64,000 bases of DNA from Candidatus Freyarchaeum deiterrae (lineage in GTDB: Archaea; Asgardarchaeota; Jordiarchaeia; Jordiarchaeales; Jordiarchaeaceae), in NCBI GenBank assembly GCA_037305845.1, contig CP147778.1, forward strand, positions 1,760,001-1,824,000, written 5' to 3'. The translations under genes and the position numbers were made by a program. The notes below the pieces were generated by a model. The model ran no database searches, was not told the origin of the DNA, and saw only the letters and a list, made by a program, of their open reading frames with translations. Positions 30,512 through 40,479 of this stretch are shown here, in pieces (the stretch's first letter is position 1; each line of letters begins with the position of its first letter).

Positions 30512-31522
30512 ATGAGCCATCAAGACAACGATAAACTGCTTTGCCCTGAATGTTCAAGCACGCTAGTGTTGCACTCTGGTGAATTTGTGTGTAGCAACTG
30601 TGGTTTAGTTGTTTCTAAGCAATATTTAGCCCCAGTTTTCAAGATTAATCAAGAAAATCTATCAACTAGCCAATACAAACACTATGTAGCATTAGGAAAA
30701 AGAATGCACATAGTTGATGGAATGGGTAGTTACATTGATTTTCAGCGCACACCATTCTTTTATGATGGTCAAGGCACCCCACTTTCTTCGGACAGACAAG
30801 CTCTATATAGAAAACTGAAATTTAGATATAGTCTACGTTTAAGAATAGATAAAAAAGAATCGGATTATCGCGCGTTAAAATCATTAAATCATGTTGCTTC
30901 TATGTTAGAAATTTCGGATTCTATAAGAGATAGAGCTGCATATATCTATCAAAAAGCTGTCAAAAAAATTGATAAAAAAATCTCAAACCACATAGTTCTG
31001 ATCGCTGCTTGTCTTTTTTTTGCAATTAGAGAATATAAAGAATTAGCACCAGTAACAATACAGGAAGTCACACAGAACTTTAAAAAACTAGGCCATAGAA
31101 TAAATGTCAAAAAAGTAATAAGAACAGCTCTTGAATTAAGATCCTTATTTATCCAAGAACATCCAAAAATCAGAAAGAGCGAAGAGTACTTACACAGGAT
31201 AATATCTGACGTTGTATCTTCACCAATTGTTGAACGCCGTCTAAAAGAAAGAGAACTCACTACAGAAGATTACAGAAATTTATTAACACAAAAAAGTTAT
31301 TCTATTTTAACTAAAATTGACAGTATTAATCGTGGTGGAAGAAATCCCTACATTTTTGCAGTGTCCACAGTTTATTCTGCCGATCGTATACTATTTAAGA
31401 AATTAGCTAAGAAACCAATTTTAACGCAAAAAATCTTGGCCAAAATAACTAAAGTTGCAGAGTACAGCATTAGGGATCATTACACAAGTGTACTGAAACC
31501 GATGATAATACTTGGTAAATAA
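30512..31522 (+). CDS. Divergent TFB/TFIIB-family protein
   Basis: N-terminal Zn ribbon CPEC...CSNCG plus two cyclin repeats (GRNP, TQK.LA....V.E..IR). Confidence 0.8.
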   Translation: MSHQDNDKLLCPECSSTLVLHSGEFVCSNCGLVVSKQYLAPVFKINQENLSTSQYKHYVALGKRMHIVDGMGSYIDFQRTPFFYDGQGTPLSSDRQALYRKLKFRYSLRLRIDKKESDYRALKSLNHVASMLEISDSIRDRAAYIYQKAVKKIDKKISNHIVLIAACLFFAIREYKELAPVTIQEVTQNFKKLGHRINVKKVIRTALELRSLFIQEHPKIRKSEEYLHRIISDVVSSPIVERRLKERELTTEDYRNLLTQKSYSILTKIDSINRGGRNPYIFAVSTVYSADRILFKKLAKKPILTQKILAKITKVAEYSIRDHYTSVLKPMIILGK

Positions 31523-31599
31523 TTATAAACCAAAGTATCAAGGTGCAGAATTTTTTAACATAAAGAAAATCTTATCAAACAAATTTAATGTCATATTTT

Positions 31600-33507
31600 T
31601 TATTTTAATCTAATCGTCTCTAGATTTTGAGGCGCTCTGGTTTCTATCTTAAACACCTTATGAGCTGTACTCGCCAGATTAATACATTTTGAATTTTCAC
31701 CATGACAAGCAATTATTCTTTCGGGTTTAGGAGATAGCTTTCTAAGATAATCTAGTAGCTGCCTCCTATCGCTGTGGCCTGAGAAACCATCCACCGCGTT
31801 AATGTCCATTCTTACATTGACCATTTCTGTTTTTCCCTCCTTAGTTTTCATAGGTATCTCCTTCCAACCCTTCTGCACCCTACGTCCGAGTGTTCCTTCC
31901 ACTTGGTAAGAAACGAATAACAGAGTATTTTTGGGATTGGACGCCATTAATTGGAAGTATTCCACACTTGGTCCGCCACTCAACATACCGGAAGTCGCCA
32001 TTATTATGCAAGGGTCTCCTTCGATGATATCCGGTCTTGAACTGGATCCTTCTACTTGTTGGAAAAAGTCTGCCAGAAAAGGATTGCTTCCTTGATGGAA
32101 GATTCTTTCTCGCAGCTCTTTCGACAGGTATTCCGGATGAGTTGTGTGAATTGCAGTAGCTTCGCTTATCATTCCATCAATGTAAACTGGTACCTCTCGT
32201 AACATCCTTTTTCTCATATATTCTTCTATTACTAACATGAGTTCCTGCGCCCGCCCCACTGCTAGAACAGGAATAAGGACTTTGCCATCTTTAGATAGAG
32301 TTGCATTTATTATCTCTACTAAGTCTCTTTCTGCTCTTCTTCGTGAAGGCATGATATCATTGGGCGCTCCATAAGTGCTTTCAATTATAATTGTTTCCAG
32401 TCTTGGAAATGTAAAATTTGCAGATTCCAATAGGTGTGATTTCGAAAATTTGAAATCGCCCGTGTAAGCAATATTGTATAGACCATCGCCTATATGTAAG
32501 TGCGCAATCGCTGAGCCCAATATATGACCCGCATTATGAAGAGTAAGTCGTATATCTGGAGCAATATCTGTTACTTCGCCGTAATCTAGAGGGATTGTGT
32601 GCAAAATTGCTTTTCTAACATCTTTCTGACTATAAGGGGAAAGTTTTCCTTCTCGTTCTGCCACATCCAGATAATCCAATTGTAGAAGTGTCATTAAGTT
32701 TAGCGTGGCTCTGGTACAATAGATAGGGCCTTCATAACCATATTTGAATAAAAAGGGTAAAAATCCACTATGGTCCAGGTGGGCATGAGTAATTATAACA
32801 GCGTCCAAATTTTCTAAATCGAATTCTGGTAAATCTATGCGTGGAAAAGTTTGGTTTGAAACTCCTACATTAACACCGCAATCAATTAAAACGGAGCTTT
32901 CAGTAGTTTGAACGAGAATTGCAGTTCTTCCTACTTCTCTAAAGCCACCGAGAGCAGTTACACGCAACCAGCCATCTTTAACTAATAACGGACGATGTAT
33001 TCTCCTTCCAATATTTCTTAAAATCTGCTTTCTACTCTCACTTTCTGTTTGCAAAGCATGCCTAATTTTTAGTACCATTTCTGAGGTAAGTGGAGGAGTT
33101 CTAATCACTGAAGGTCTCCAGAGAACAGTCCTCGTTATTTCTTTCAGTGTTACACCATTTCTTCCGATAACGAGGCCTGGCTTTTTTGCTTCAATTATAA
33201 CCTCGCCTACATTTTCGTCGAAAGTTACGTTTGTTACTTCCGCTTCTTTAGTAACTATTTCTTTTACCTTTTGTGCAGCCTCTGCTTGCGGCATTCTAAC
33301 AGATGGATCTGATCTAATTACTATTCTCTTGCGTATGCGCTTAGCAAGTTCTTTAACAAGTTCATTATCATCTACTAAAATTTTAGGATTTTTGAGATAT
33401 ATGGCAATCTCTGGTCCTTCAAATTCCACTTCTGTAACATTAGCTTCTTTGGGGATTCCTTGTAAAATAGAATTTTTTATTTCACTAAGAATTTCTTGCG
33501 ATAACAA
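31600..33507 (-). CDS. Beta-CASP ribonuclease aCPSF1 (FttA)
   Basis: Two KH domains, LGGFREVGR, HAHLDH, NAGHILG, GFSGHSD. Confidence 0.96.
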   Translation of the reverse strand: MLSQEILSEIKNSILQGIPKEANVTEVEFEGPEIAIYLKNPKILVDDNELVKELAKRIRKRIVIRSDPSVRMPQAEAAQKVKEIVTKEAEVTNVTFDENVGEVIIEAKKPGLVIGRNGVTLKEITRTVLWRPSVIRTPPLTSEMVLKIRHALQTESESRKQILRNIGRRIHRPLLVKDGWLRVTALGGFREVGRTAILVQTTESSVLIDCGVNVGVSNQTFPRIDLPEFDLENLDAVIITHAHLDHSGFLPFLFKYGYEGPIYCTRATLNLMTLLQLDYLDVAEREGKLSPYSQKDVRKAILHTIPLDYGEVTDIAPDIRLTLHNAGHILGSAIAHLHIGDGLYNIAYTGDFKFSKSHLLESANFTFPRLETIIIESTYGAPNDIMPSRRRAERDLVEIINATLSKDGKVLIPVLAVGRAQELMLVIEEYMRKRMLREVPVYIDGMISEATAIHTTHPEYLSKELRERIFHQGSNPFLADFFQQVEGSSSRPDIIEGDPCIIMATSGMLSGGPSVEYFQLMASNPKNTLLFVSYQVEGTLGRRVQKGWKEIPMKTKEGKTEMVNVRMDINAVDGFSGHSDRRQLLDYLRKLSPKPERIIACHGENSKCINLASTAHKVFKIETRAPQNLETIRLK

Positions 33508-34379
33508 CTCGTATCCTCCTTACTATTCCGAAGAATTATTCTCTCTCATTTAGATTTTACTTGGATGTAATGCACTCGATTCGTTTCGAGTCTGGTAAAC
33601 TCTAATTCCGGAATATTCGGCAGTTGTATTTTGGAGGGATAATCCCTTTACTTTGTTCTCTAAAATAACTTATGTTAACCAAACTAGTTTTTGGGTGATT
33701 TTTATGTTAGAATAATTTTGTTAGTTTTTGAAACTTCTTCAGCTCATTATCGGATCCAAGCATCCGAGTTTAGGGCAAGTCTTAGATATAAAATCTTGAA
33801 CAACAAATATTATGCACCTAACATTGAATTCTTAAGCTTAAGAAAAATCGACTTGCAGAACTTACGTTCACTGATTACCCGCGAGGTAATAAATATTTCG
33901 TAAAAAGTAGGAGAAGAGCAACTGCTACCGGCTAAGGCTATGCGGTTTGCACAGGGGTCACTACACTCCTTGGCAATTTGGTACACATCCAATCAAAAAA
34001 CCTTATACATTGCTACTTAAGCCAAATGTTTCCGCTTTGCAGACAAGCTGGTTGACTGCAGCTCCTATGCTGGAAAACTGGTACCAGTGCTCCGACATTA
34101 CAAAAAATTTATCAGAAAATATTTAAAGACAACTCGAATCCTTCTCACCCTTTCTCATGGAGCCTTCGCGAGGTGCTTAGATAACAAATTGTATTTAAAT
34201 CTTTAGACTTATTTTTAAGGTAGTAAAAGATATACTTAACTATGCCCAAAAATGAGGATTAATATTTTAGCAGGCTCCTAGAGTTAGTAGTAATGATTCT
34301 TCTTAAAAAAAATTAAAATGCGAAAGACAGAAAGGTAAATAAAACAATCGTATAAAATAATAATGACTTTAGCCAACCG

Positions 34380-35447
34380 GTGAAAAAAGGCATGAAATTA
34401 GACTTTTCCACAGATAAAAGGTTACCTAGTTCAATTTTGATTGACCAAAATGCCATCGAAAGAATAGGAAAAGTTTGCTCAAAATTGGGTATTTCAAACA
34501 GAGTTCTGATGGTATCAGATCCTACAGTAATCAAAATTACTGAAGATAAAATTTCCAAATCCCTTCAAGAATCAAAAATAGACTACTCTGTTAAGTTAAT
34601 AGACGAATCTACAAAAGCGGCTGTTGAACAAGTTAGAGAAGAAATTCGAAAATTGAAAAGCAAAGTTATATTGGGAGTGGGAGGCGGGGGTGTTATAGAT
34701 GTATCAAAACTTTCTGCAACACAAGAAAACATACCTTTTATTAGTGTTCCCACCACAGCCTCCCATGATGGAATCGCTTCTCCTCGTGCAAAAATCAATA
34801 ATGTTGCTCCGTATTCTATTGAGGCGAATGGTCCCATCGCAATTATCGCGGATATAGATATAATATCAAGAGCTCCGTATCGACTAACTGCATCGGGTTG
34901 TGGGGATTTATTAGCTAAAATTACTGCTGTGAAAGATTGGGAATTATCCCATTTGCGCACAAATGAAAAGTTTGATGAAAAAGCCGCAAATTTGGCGAGA
35001 GGAAGTGCTGAAAGCCTAATAAAAAATGCTGAATTAGTAAAGAAAAGAACTAAAAAAGGTTATCAGAAAGTTGTTGAGGCTCTGATTAACTGCGGCATTT
35101 GCATGTCTTTGGCTGGTTCAAGCCGCCCTTCGAGTGGTTCTGAACATATGTTTAGCCATACATTGGATCAGATAGCACCTAATCCCGCATATCATGGAGA
35201 ACAGTGTGGAATTGGAACCATAATTATGATGTATTTACATGATGATGATTGGATGAAAATAGTTGATACTTTGAAAATAGTTGGGGCTCCAACAAGCGCG
35301 AAAGAAATACACATTGATAGTGAGTTGATCATCAAAGCGCTTTGCGAGGCAAGAGACCTTAGGAAAGATAGGTACACCATACTTGATGAAAAAATAATGG
35401 TTCCTAAAGTAGCAGAAGAAATTGCAACAATTACTGGAGTTATTTGA
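34380..35447 (+). CDS. egsA: sn-glycerol-1-phosphate dehydrogenase
   Basis: GVGGG..ID..K, VPTTASHDG, SRPSSGSEH..SH, HGEQ. Confidence 0.94.
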   Translation: MKKGMKLDFSTDKRLPSSILIDQNAIERIGKVCSKLGISNRVLMVSDPTVIKITEDKISKSLQESKIDYSVKLIDESTKAAVEQVREEIRKLKSKVILGVGGGGVIDVSKLSATQENIPFISVPTTASHDGIASPRAKINNVAPYSIEANGPIAIIADIDIISRAPYRLTASGCGDLLAKITAVKDWELSHLRTNEKFDEKAANLARGSAESLIKNAELVKKRTKKGYQKVVEALINCGICMSLAGSSRPSSGSEHMFSHTLDQIAPNPAYHGEQCGIGTIIMMYLHDDDWMKIVDTLKIVGAPTSAKEIHIDSELIIKALCEARDLRKDRYTILDEKIMVPKVAEEIATITGVI

Positions 35448-35917
35448 GAGATAATAAATTTTTGGAGATCAACATGACTGGTATTTTAACTCTTGTTGGT
35501 ATTAAACAGGCGAAGAAAGGAGCAAAATTTGTAAATGTCGGTCATGCCGAAATATGTGAAAATTGTGAACTTTACAAGGTATGTATCGGTAATCTAGAGC
35601 CTAAGAGAGTGTATGAAATTATTGATATTCGTAACATAGAACATCCATGTAAAATTCACGAAGAAGGTGTCCGAGTCGTAGAAGTTGCACACTCAAATAT
35701 TCAAGCAGCTTTAGAGGCTAGGCAAGCCATACCTGGCGCTACAATCACTTATTCGCCAATAGAATGCACTTTTTATGATTGCCCTTCCCTAGATATCTGC
35801 AAACCTAGTGGGCTATTTGAAGGGGATAAGTGCCTCATTGAAAATTTATTAGAAAAGATAAATGTATGTAGAGCAGGAAAGGCTCTTAGAATGGTGAATC
35901 TTAAGTTTTTGCGGTAG
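35444..35917 (+). CDS. UPF0179 family protein
   Basis: TLVG...AK.G..F, C..C..Y.VC..NL, H.C..H..GV; usual egsA neighbour. Confidence 0.85.
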   Translation: MRDNKFLEINMTGILTLVGIKQAKKGAKFVNVGHAEICENCELYKVCIGNLEPKRVYEIIDIRNIEHPCKIHEEGVRVVEVAHSNIQAALEARQAIPGATITYSPIECTFYDCPSLDICKPSGLFEGDKCLIENLLEKINVCRAGKALRMVNLKFLR

Positions 35918-36617
35918 CGGGCTTTTCGAATATTTCCAAGAATTTAACACTTTCAAAACCAAAATTTGAAAAGATATCACTTACAATTCCAATTTTAGCA
36001 AATTGAATATTTTCAGTAAGCACTGCTTCATTGGGTATAGCTATTTCAACTGACTTTTCACCAACATTAATTTTAAATTTGCTAAGATCTATGCCCACAA
36101 TTCTTCGACTAATGAGAGCTTTTATTTTATCCTCATCATTTTGCAGTATGTTCTTTACTGTTACCTCGTATTCTAAGATCTGGCCTGCTAATGGATGATT
36201 CATATCAACACGAATTCTACCACCGCCTACCTTTTGAACGGTACCTAGTCGTCCCTTTATTCGGATCGTCATTCCTGGCCTTGGTTTAACATTTTGTTTT
36301 AAAAATTCCCTAGCGGGAAAGACTTTTACATTCTTGGGATCTTTTTCACCAAATCCTTTTTCTGGAGGGATTTCTATAGTTTTCGTCTCCCCAATATGTA
36401 ATCCTTCTAAGGCTTCATCTAATCCAGGAAGGACCCAACCGGCACCAACTACAACAAGTCTGGGTTGATATATCTCTCGTTCATTAAAAATATCTGCTTT
36501 CATAGCCACTTCTTGGACTGTAGTATCAAAAACCTTGGCATTATCTTTGATACGCCCAATAAACTCAACTAAAACAAAGTCATTTTTCTTAATTTTCCTT
36601 TCCTTACTTTCTGACAT
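35901..36617 (-). CDS. slyD: FKBP-type peptidyl-prolyl isomerase (long archaeal SlyD-like)
   Basis: FDTT, GLDEAL, PPEKGFG, DMNHPLAG. Confidence 0.9.
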   Translation of the reverse strand: MSESKERKIKKNDFVLVEFIGRIKDNAKVFDTTVQEVAMKADIFNEREIYQPRLVVVGAGWVLPGLDEALEGLHIGETKTIEIPPEKGFGEKDPKNVKVFPAREFLKQNVKPRPGMTIRIKGRLGTVQKVGGGRIRVDMNHPLAGQILEYEVTVKNILQNDEDKIKALISRRIVGIDLSKFKINVGEKSVEIAIPNEAVLTENIQFAKIGIVSDIFSNFGFESVKFLEIFEKPATAKT

Positions 36618-36970
36618 TACTGTTCACCACGTAATTCTAGAAATTCCAGTAATAGATTATTATTAAACCTTTTTGGTTTCTTGACCTATCGTATAATTGT
36701 TAGCTTCTCTCATCTTGTTAATTTTTTAGAAGCCAAAACTTTTTCTTTCCTTTTCCACATTTTTTCCGTTTGGAAGACTTCGCCAAAACATATTATTTAC
36801 CACAAAACTTCTTAGAGATTAAAACACGAATGTTTAATATGAATCATTTCCCTTACTATGGGAACACTGTATTATAATCTATTGAGTATCTCAATTTATA
36901 ATTCAGCCTGATAATTACTTGAGTTAAAAACTAATTATAACATACTCATAGATAAGGGTGAAGATTAAAA

Positions 36971-37510
36971 ATGATTGAAGTTGAAATAAAATGCCCTATA
37001 AGTGATCCTGAGGTCATCGCTGAAAAATTGTTACGAAAGGTTAACGCAAAATTCATTAAAACAGTTTTTCAAAAAGATTTCTACCTGCAACACCCTTCAA
37101 GAGATTTCAAAGAAACTGATGAAGCGGTAAGAATACGTGATTCAGATGAAGGAACTCAATTAACATATAAAGGCCCTAAAATAGATGCTTTAACAAAAAC
37201 AAGAGAGGAACTATGTGTTAACGTAGATAATCTTGAAATAATTCTAAAAATTTTTGAAAGAATAGGATTTCTACCCATTGCTAAGGTAATTAAATCTCGA
37301 AGAATTTTTCACATAGATGGAAATATAATTGCATCTATAGACAAGGTTCAGGATCTGGGTAACTTTATAGAATTAGAGTATGATGCTGAGGATTCTACTC
37401 TAGTAGAAGTTAAAAGAGAGGAGTTATTCTCTACACTGGCCAAATTGGGTCTATCAAGGGAGAAAACTGAAAGGAGATCCTATTTAGAACTGATAACATC
37501 AAGATTCTAA
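36971..37510 (+). CDS. cyaB: CYTH-domain protein (class IV adenylate cyclase-like)
   Basis: EVEIK, RIR, LTYKGPK, REE, K.R, LG.FIELE, SYLE. Confidence 0.9.
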   Translation: MIEVEIKCPISDPEVIAEKLLRKVNAKFIKTVFQKDFYLQHPSRDFKETDEAVRIRDSDEGTQLTYKGPKIDALTKTREELCVNVDNLEIILKIFERIGFLPIAKVIKSRRIFHIDGNIIASIDKVQDLGNFIELEYDAEDSTLVEVKREELFSTLAKLGLSREKTERRSYLELITSRF

Positions 37511-37644
37511 AAAGTTATTAAATTATATTTTTCGTTCTGAATTTATTGAGCCGCTTATTCACCCACGTTAGATTTAAGTCGTTCCACTCTTTATGAGAAA
37601 TTGGTGAAGGTAAAAATTATTGAATTAAAAGGAAGTAAAACTAT

Positions 37645-37872
37645 ATGTGTCTAGCAATACCCGCCAAAGTACTCGAAATAAATGGTGAAAAGGCTGTTGT
37701 AGATTTTGGAGGCGTTAAGAGAGAAGCATGGATAACACTAGTAGATAACGTAAGAGTGGGAGATTATCTAATAATCCATACAGGGTACGCGATTCAAAGA
37801 TTGGATAAAAAGGATGCTGAAGAAACGTTAAAATTGTTCAAAGAGCTTGAAAGTTTTGAAAACCAAAAATAA
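37645..37872 (+). CDS. hypC: Hydrogenase maturation chaperone HypC
   Basis: MCLAIP, VDFGGV, GDY..IHTGYAI. Confidence 0.95.
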   Translation: MCLAIPAKVLEINGEKAVVDFGGVKREAWITLVDNVRVGDYLIIHTGYAIQRLDKKDAEETLKLFKELESFENQK

Positions 37873-38282
37873 GAGTTCATGAGAAATAAACTTTCAGATG
37901 AAAATTATTGTAAGTGTTGGTTAATCTGTTTTTTGCTTTTTTAACTAAAACTTTACAGAGCGTGCCAATACTTTTTTCCTTCTCCGATACGACAAGAGTA
38001 CCATTCACTATGTTTGTTACATAAGTGTAGTATCCTGTCCGTTTTCTGTTTCCATTTATTAAAGGAGGTTTATTCTCGGGAATTCTTTTTATAAAAGCAG
38101 GTATCCTGCATCATTATTACAGGACTCCCTGTCTAAGTCAGACGCCTTAGGATGCCAAAAATTTTTCATTGAAGTATTTCAAGCTATAAATGAGGCATTT
38201 TATACCTCAAAATGCGAGTTTTTTCACGTTTTTTGGTGCGACATAAATAAGGATTAAATTGTGAAAGGGGAGCAAAAATAGC

Positions 38283-38687
38283 TTATTTCAGAGGAACATA
38301 CATGCTGCTTTTTGTTGCACCTATTCCGGGGCTCCCGTGCATCACACGTTTACAAGTTGGGGAGTATTCACCCAAATAGTGACCTATCATCTCCGGTTCA
38401 ACTTTTATTTCAATAAAAGTTTTCCCATTATGAATCGCAACATCTAATCCCACCATCTCAGGCAAGATTACCATATCTCGATTATGAGTACGCACCATCA
38501 CCTTTTTACCCTTTCTTTGTGCTCTCTTTGCTCGCCTAAGTTTCTCGAGCAATTTTTTTTGACGGGGAGGGAGGCCTCTTAATAAGCTTCTTCTCTGACG
38601 CGAAGGTAGAAGTTTTATAAACTCATCCATCGGCATCCTCTGAAGCTCTTCCAAAGAAGACCCGCGATATGTGAACTTTTTAACCAT
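38283..38687 (-). CDS. rps19p: 30S ribosomal protein S19P (uS19)
   Basis: FTYRG, RTH.RDM.ILPEMVG, GHYLGE, HG.PGIGAT.SS.YVPLK. ATG 38687 preferred over TTG 38696. Confidence 0.97.
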   Translation of the reverse strand: MVKKFTYRGSSLEELQRMPMDEFIKLLPSRQRRSLLRGLPPRQKKLLEKLRRAKRAQRKGKKVMVRTHNRDMVILPEMVGLDVAIHNGKTFIEIKVEPEMIGHYLGEYSPTCKRVMHGSPGIGATKSSMYVPLK

Positions 38688-38793
38688 AATCTTCAACCTT
38701 ATTTCGCTTTTAAAGCTATAAACTGAATTAAAATGATTAAATTTAAAGTTTTCTCAAGATAAATATAGTTTTCCATACTTTAGGCAATTGAAT

Positions 38794-38810
38794 AGAAAAA
38801 AATTTATATT
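38794..38810 (+). promoter_or_regulatory. BRE-TATA promoter of tRNA-Pro
   Basis: GAAAAAAA-TTTATATT about 28 nt upstream of the tRNA 5' end. Confidence 0.6.
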
Positions 38811-38835
38811 ATCTATTCTTCGTCTTAAATACTAT

Positions 38836-39053
38836 GGGGTTGTAGTCTAGAGGATTAAGGTTCTCTTAGACCGGAAAAATTGGTATGAGCCCTCGAGAAC
38901 CCCCTCGATGGGTACAATTCCGCTTAAGGCTTTTTAAGCGGCGAGAGTCCTGCCTGGGGCGGAGAACTCAGAGTTTTCCACTGAACGCAGGCGGTCCCGA
39001 GTTCAAGATACCATCTCAAATCGGTTGGTTTGGAAATCTCGGCAACCCCACCA
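38836..39053 (+). tRNA. tRNA-Pro(GGG) with five introns (15/16: 38851-38878; 24/25: 38889-38917; 25/26: 38919-38947; 37/38: 38960-38985; 59/60: 39008-39036), CCA encoded
   Basis: Spliced 77 nt: GGGGTTGTAGTCTAGATTGGTATGATTCCTGCCTGGGGCGCAGGCGGTCCCGAGTTCAAGTCTCGGCAACCCCACCA; all four stems pair; oligo-T follows. Confidence 0.88.
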
Positions 39054-39065
39054 TTTTTTCTCTTT

Positions 39066-40247
39066 TTATGAGGAATTAGAACCAGCATCTACAGTGTAAT
39101 CTCTGGAAAAACTTGGCTGTCGATTCCTTTTTTTCCAAGCCATAACCGCAGAAATTATCGATAGAGCAGAGACGGGGGTAAGAATGGCGATCTTACTCGT
39201 AAGCGAATCTCCTTCACTTAAAAATGGCAATAATGTTAATGCTGAAAAGCCTGATGTCTCTTTTTCAACCGTATAATAAGTACTTGAATCATTGATACAC
39301 TGGGTTCCATTGTAAAAAACAAGTACATTTAACGCATATTTGCCAGATATTAAGGGCGCGTTAATAGTTCCTGTCCAATTATTGCCCGCTGCATTCTCTA
39401 ATGGAAAACTATCATTAATAAACACTAAAACTAGGGGGTCACTATAATTAAGTTCTATATTCACAAGAATTGGCGTATTTGGCTCAACTCTGGTTGCATT
39501 CAAAGCAATCGATACAATTTCTATGGAGGGGGAAATAATAGACACATTAAATTCACTTTCAGTTGAACCATATAATTGAGTACCTCCAAATTCTAGATAA
39601 AAGCTAAGCTGTCCAATAGCAGTACCAGGTGGAATCATCCAAGATAATTTACAATGGCCAAATGCATCCGTAGTTGATTCAGTAAGATTATTGTTTTGGT
39701 AATCGCACAATTGTACCTGCTGATTGGAAATCGAATTGTAAATGTTATCCTTTAGGTCTGCTTCAACTACCAAATACTCTCCAGAATAAGCTGACATCTG
39801 GTAGGTGAGATTCACAAAAGTTGTTCTGGCTTTAATAAGAAGATCAGTATACACAGGTATAGCATCGGGCCTACTAGGACATGAAGCTTTGATGGTCGTT
39901 AATCCTAGGGGGCAATTCTGTGCTATACCCCAATTTAGCACCGCGTACCCACTAGAATTAGTATATTCACCACCAATTGACAGATTGTTTGTCAAATCGT
40001 CAAAATAGGTTATTACTCCTGTAAGAGGGTCTCCGCTCGAATTCATAATTCTCACGGTTACTGTTACATATTCGCCCCTATAACAGATCAAGGGTTGGCT
40101 CTTGCTCAATGAACCAGTTGAAAAATTGGATGGGTAACAGATGTTATTCTGGTATCGTGTAAATATAAAAACTAGCATTAAGACTGAAATTATTAGCATG
40201 ATTCGACCTTTTTTGCCGAAGATTATTTTTCTATAATGAAGTTTCAT
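39066..40247 (-). CDS. Membrane-anchored extracellular protein with Ig-like folds
   Basis: N-terminal basic plus hydrophobic signal; two similar T..G...L.W.I....G repeats; many NxS/T; C-terminal TM plus KKR. Confidence 0.75.
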   Translation of the reverse strand: MKLHYRKIIFGKKGRIMLIISVLMLVFIFTRYQNNICYPSNFSTGSLSKSQPLICYRGEYVTVTVRIMNSSGDPLTGVITYFDDLTNNLSIGGEYTNSSGYAVLNWGIAQNCPLGLTTIKASCPSRPDAIPVYTDLLIKARTTFVNLTYQMSAYSGEYLVVEADLKDNIYNSISNQQVQLCDYQNNNLTESTTDAFGHCKLSWMIPPGTAIGQLSFYLEFGGTQLYGSTESEFNVSIISPSIEIVSIALNATRVEPNTPILVNIELNYSDPLVLVFINDSFPLENAAGNNWTGTINAPLISGKYALNVLVFYNGTQCINDSSTYYTVEKETSGFSALTLLPFLSEGDSLTSKIAILTPVSALSIISAVMAWKKRNRQPSFSRDYTVDAGSNSS

Positions 40248-40479
40248 GATTACACCTAAGAAAATATTGCGGTCGAATATTTATACCCCCCTTTTTATCT
40301 GAAAATTAGGAGTAATTATATTTGTTTTTTTATCTTTTATAAGTTAAAATGTGTAAAAGGCGAATATTTTTACTTAAAACGCGGTAAAAGCGTTAAGCAA
40401 AATATTAAACTAATCCTATAAATAAAGGATTAGTAAAAAAGGAATTCAGTTTGTTATTATCTAATGGAGCGAGATTTAA

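Noticed and set aside
38885-39079. 64-aa ORF here, and the 60-aa ORF at 30081-30263
   Set aside because: Both overlap intron-containing tRNA genes.
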